From: Octopus sinensis
Taxonomy: Eukaryota
Direction of reading: 5' to 3'
Assembly: GCF_006345805.1 (NCBI RefSeq)
Contig: NW_021826389.1
Location: 1 to 13,063 of the forward strand
Length of the DNA: 13,063 nucleotides
Both the position numbers and the translations under genes were made by a program. The notes under the pieces were generated by a model. That model was not told the DNA's origin, did not search any database, and worked only from the letters and a program-made list of their open reading frames with translations. Shown here piece after piece: positions 10,362 to 13,063 of the stretch; the stretch's first letter is position 1, and each line of letters begins with the position of its first letter.

Positions 10362-10782
10362 TTGAGCAGAATATTTGCTGTAGCCCATCTTTTATACCAA
10401 GACAAAACAATGTACATGATAACACTTCCAATCAGTTAAGATCAGAAGCCATGAGAGCCACTGCCTGGTACTGCATCATGGCATTTTGAGCAGAATATTT
10501 GCTGTAGCCCATCTTTTATACCAAGACAAAACAATGTACATGATAACACTTCCAATCAGTTAAGATCAGAAGCCATGAGAGCCACTGCCTGGTACTGCAT
10601 CATGGCATTTTGAGCAAAATATTTGCTGTAGCCCATCTTTTATACCAAGACAAAACAATGTACATGATAACACTTCCAATCAGTTAAGATCAGAAGCCAT
10701 GAGAGCCACTGCCTGGTACTGCATCATGGCATTTTGAGCAGAATATTTGCTGTAGCCCATCTTTTATACCAAGACAAAACAA
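10362..10782. repeat. Tandem repeat, 124-bp unit x 3.4 copies
   Basis: Copies start at 10362, 10486, 10610 and 10734 (partial, 49 bp). The unit is TTGAGCAGAATATTTGCTGTAGCCC...GCATCATGGCATT. The only difference I found is G>A at 10617. There are no spacers. Confidence 0.99.
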
Positions 10783-13063
10783 GATCTTTATACGTGTTCA
10801 AATTTTTGGAAGGTCTTAACATACATTTATGTCGATTGGGACAGTCATATCAATGAGGATGCATGTTCTTTGTCTGAAGTCTTTCAACATAATGTCTGGC
10901 CTATTCGTATCTGTCTTTCTGTCTGTTTGAATGGTGAAGTTCCAGAGAAGTGAGATGTGATCATTTTCAAGCACTGGAGGTGGTTTGTGTTCTCACCAGT
11001 TTTTTATCATGGGAAGTCAAGGTTTTTTCAAATTACCCAGTGAGTATACTGTGCTGCTCTATCATGCATGTTGAGATACTCTGTAGGCGAAAGAAGACTG
11101 CACTTGGAGACAACATGATCAATGGTTTCATTTTGTTGTTGACATACACGACATGTTGGGCTACTGCCGTTCTTTAATATGTTGGCCTGGTAGTTTCTTC
11201 TAGGTAGGCATTGATCTTGGTCTGCTGTGATAAACCCTTCTGTTTCTGCTTTTAAGCCAAAAGACACTAACCGTGATGAGTAAGGACTTTGTCAACATCG
11301 GCATTATTATCTCTCTTTGGGTATTTGCCATTGAGAGGTTTTTTTGTCATTTATTATTAAGAATATCTAAGGCAGCAATTTTAGCACGGGTTTTCATACT
11401 CTTAGATTTTTCTGTGCTTGTTTCTAGTACGTCTAATTCTGGGATTTTTGTATTTGGAATTCACTTTGCCTGTTTTGTTATTGAGTATGAGGTTGTCTTG
11501 TTTTCATGCTTCAAGATATTTTTTAGCATCCAGTCATCAGAGTTTTAAAGATAAGTATTTAGGCCAATTGTGGCAATCTTCATTGTTAATGCCAGTTGTA
11601 AAAGTCCACGGCCTCCCTCCATTCTTGGCAGGTAAAGTCGTTCTATATCTGGATTAGGGTGGTACATTCTATTTCTTTTCAACAATTTTCGTATTTTTCT
11701 GTCAGGATTACAGATTTCAGTAATTGACCAGATGATAGTATTGAAACGATAACTCACGACCGATATGGCTAAAGCGTTGATCACTTCGATCCTGTTTCTT
11801 GCATTCAGCTTTGTCTTGAGTATTGCCCTTAGCCTGCGATAACATACTCAAGGACCATGCGATTGATTAGAAGTTGATTTTCGCATTTACATGAGCCCCG
11901 TTGGCACACTTTTTGTTCAGTGTGTAAAATATCTTTATGTTCTCCATAAAGGCGTGTGTTTTCTCCACGAGGATGGATGTTAATATTAAATACATGTTGG
12001 ATAGGTTATAGGCTGGTAGTTTAGGGAAAATTTGGTTTCATTATTCTTTGGGAGAAAGTAAGTACTTGCTAACCAATCAGATGTTTTCCTAGGATCTCTT
12101 ATAATCTCAATGACTAGCTGAACTAACTTTTCCTGTGCGCACGGGAGCGATGTTAGCCAGAAATACGGCACCCTATCTTTACCAGGGGGTTCCACTTATG
12201 AGCCTTCATGAGTGTCATTCTTAGGTCTGCTGTTGTGAGGTTTTCCCATGCTTGTTCTTGTTAACTTTGGTAAGATCCTTTTATGCGTCTAATCCAGTCT
12301 GCATTTTCATTGTATGTCTTTTCATCACTCCCAATATATTTCCAAAAGTTTTCACCTCTTCTATGAGGAGGATTATTCAATGGTTACTTTTCTCCTTCTC
12401 TGTTTATCCGTAGAATGTTTTCGCATTGAATATGAACAGCTTATTTTGCTTGTAAAACTTGCTTCCCTTCTCAAACCTTCGTATTCTTTGAGCTTTTGCT
12501 TGGACATTTTGTTGCAATGTTTCTTTTGTTGAAAGCACTTCTCTTGGTGAGAATCTATATTTTCTTTTCATCTTTATTTCTTTTTGATTTTACATCGTTT
12601 CCATAAATTAGTTCATTTAATGTTGATATTTCACCTCTCATTATTTCAATCTCTTTTTCTACTTTTCTTCTCCAGTTTGTAATCCTTCACATGTTTGTAT
12701 TTCTTTGACTTTTCGGAAGCATACAGCTAGTTTCGATTGTCACAGCAGATGCGTAAATTATTCCATTTAACTCAGTGAGATCAGATTTAAGTTCTAAGAT
12801 TTCTTTTGTTACACACTTGCCAATTTTAATTTGTTTATTATTTTGGATTCTTTTTGAGAGTTCATGAAGTGGTTCTCTATCATGCATCTTGGCATGCCTT
12901 ACAACTTCAAGCTTATTTAGGATTTTATGCTTCAGTTCTATCATAGACTCTCTGTGTTCTTCAGCAAATGCGTGGTCTTCAAATACTGTTTCTTCACCAC
13001 ATTCCTTGCCATCTTTATCAAGCTCATTACAATTTATATCCTCAGACATTTGCGTGTTTTGGT
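10783..13063 (-). pseudogene. Disrupted Dong/R4 polyprotein (N-terminal region, RT 0-2, [RT 3-7 absent], thumb, CCHC knuckle, REL endonuclease)
   Basis: N-terminal ORF 12687-13049 (..LTELNGIIYASAV..). Then KAHKW/PPGKDRVPYFWL, NYQPI, QLLINRMVLE (11847-11876), RAILKTKLNARN, LYLPRMEGGRGL, the C-x2-C-x8-H-x4-C knuckle CRVCQQQNETIDHVVSKC (11100-11153), YLNMHDR (11058-11078, RHD variant), NRPDIMLKD (PD at 10894-10899), ILID (D at 10849-10851) and YKDL (10781-10792). Multiple stops and frameshifts. Confidence 0.92.

Larger units (their letters stand above)
9924..13063 (-). mobile_element. Rearranged Dong/R4-clade (RLE) non-LTR retrotransposon composite, running out of the window at its 5' side
   Basis: Disrupted RT-CCHC-REL ORF (10783-13063), then a 124-bp tandem array (10362-10782), a non-coding segment (9933-10361) and an (AAT)3 tail (9924-9932). 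Whether the non-coding part belongs to the same family is not established. Confidence 0.8.

Noticed and set aside
10251-10439. 62-aa ORF running into the tandem array
   Set aside because: Short ORF within a non-coding repeat, with no recognisable motif.
10362-10782. CRISPR array or repeat-associated defence locus next to an RT-like gene
   Set aside because: Units are 124 bp, head-to-tail and lack unique spacers. There are no cas-like ORFs, the context is eukaryotic, and the RT is a decayed non-LTR retrotransposon.
10950-12532. Plus-strand ORFs overlapping the Dong element (10950-11177, 11273-11548, 11418-11657, 12314-12532)
   Set aside because: Antisense shadow ORFs with F/L/S-rich composition and no independent evidence.
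12687-13049. Longest ORF (120 aa) as a stand-alone gene
   Set aside because: It is the N-terminal region of the Dong polyprotein and continues, with disruptions, into RT motifs.
10783-13063. Active retron, DGR, group II intron or functional domesticated RT
   Set aside because: CCHC plus PD..D..K REL motifs identify an R4/Dong LINE. The ORF has many stops and frameshifts and lacks YxDD.

Overview
AT-rich eukaryotic DNA with no intact protein-coding gene, rRNA, tRNA or CRISPR array. It is probably cephalopod (Octopus-like); that assignment rests on my unverified recall of similar repeats. Roughly 60% of the window is decayed non-LTR retrotransposon: an old Dong/R4-clade 5' half (~450-1935, minus), an APE-type LINE (~3990-5890, minus), a CR1/L2-group RT remnant (~7300-8950, plus), and a better preserved Dong/R4-clade RLE element (9924 to beyond the window end, minus). 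There are also two probable tRNA-derived SINE remnants, several microsatellites and weak candidate host exons on the plus strand. The most unusual structure is the last element. Its RT catalytic core is missing (junction ~11845), and its REL endonuclease is cut directly after the YKDL motif. There it is fused through a 3-nt microhomology to a near-perfect 3.4 x 124-bp tandem array, followed by ~430 bp of non-coding sequence and an (AAT)3 tail. I see no evidence for a new functional system beyond this rearranged, possibly non-autonomous composite retroelement.
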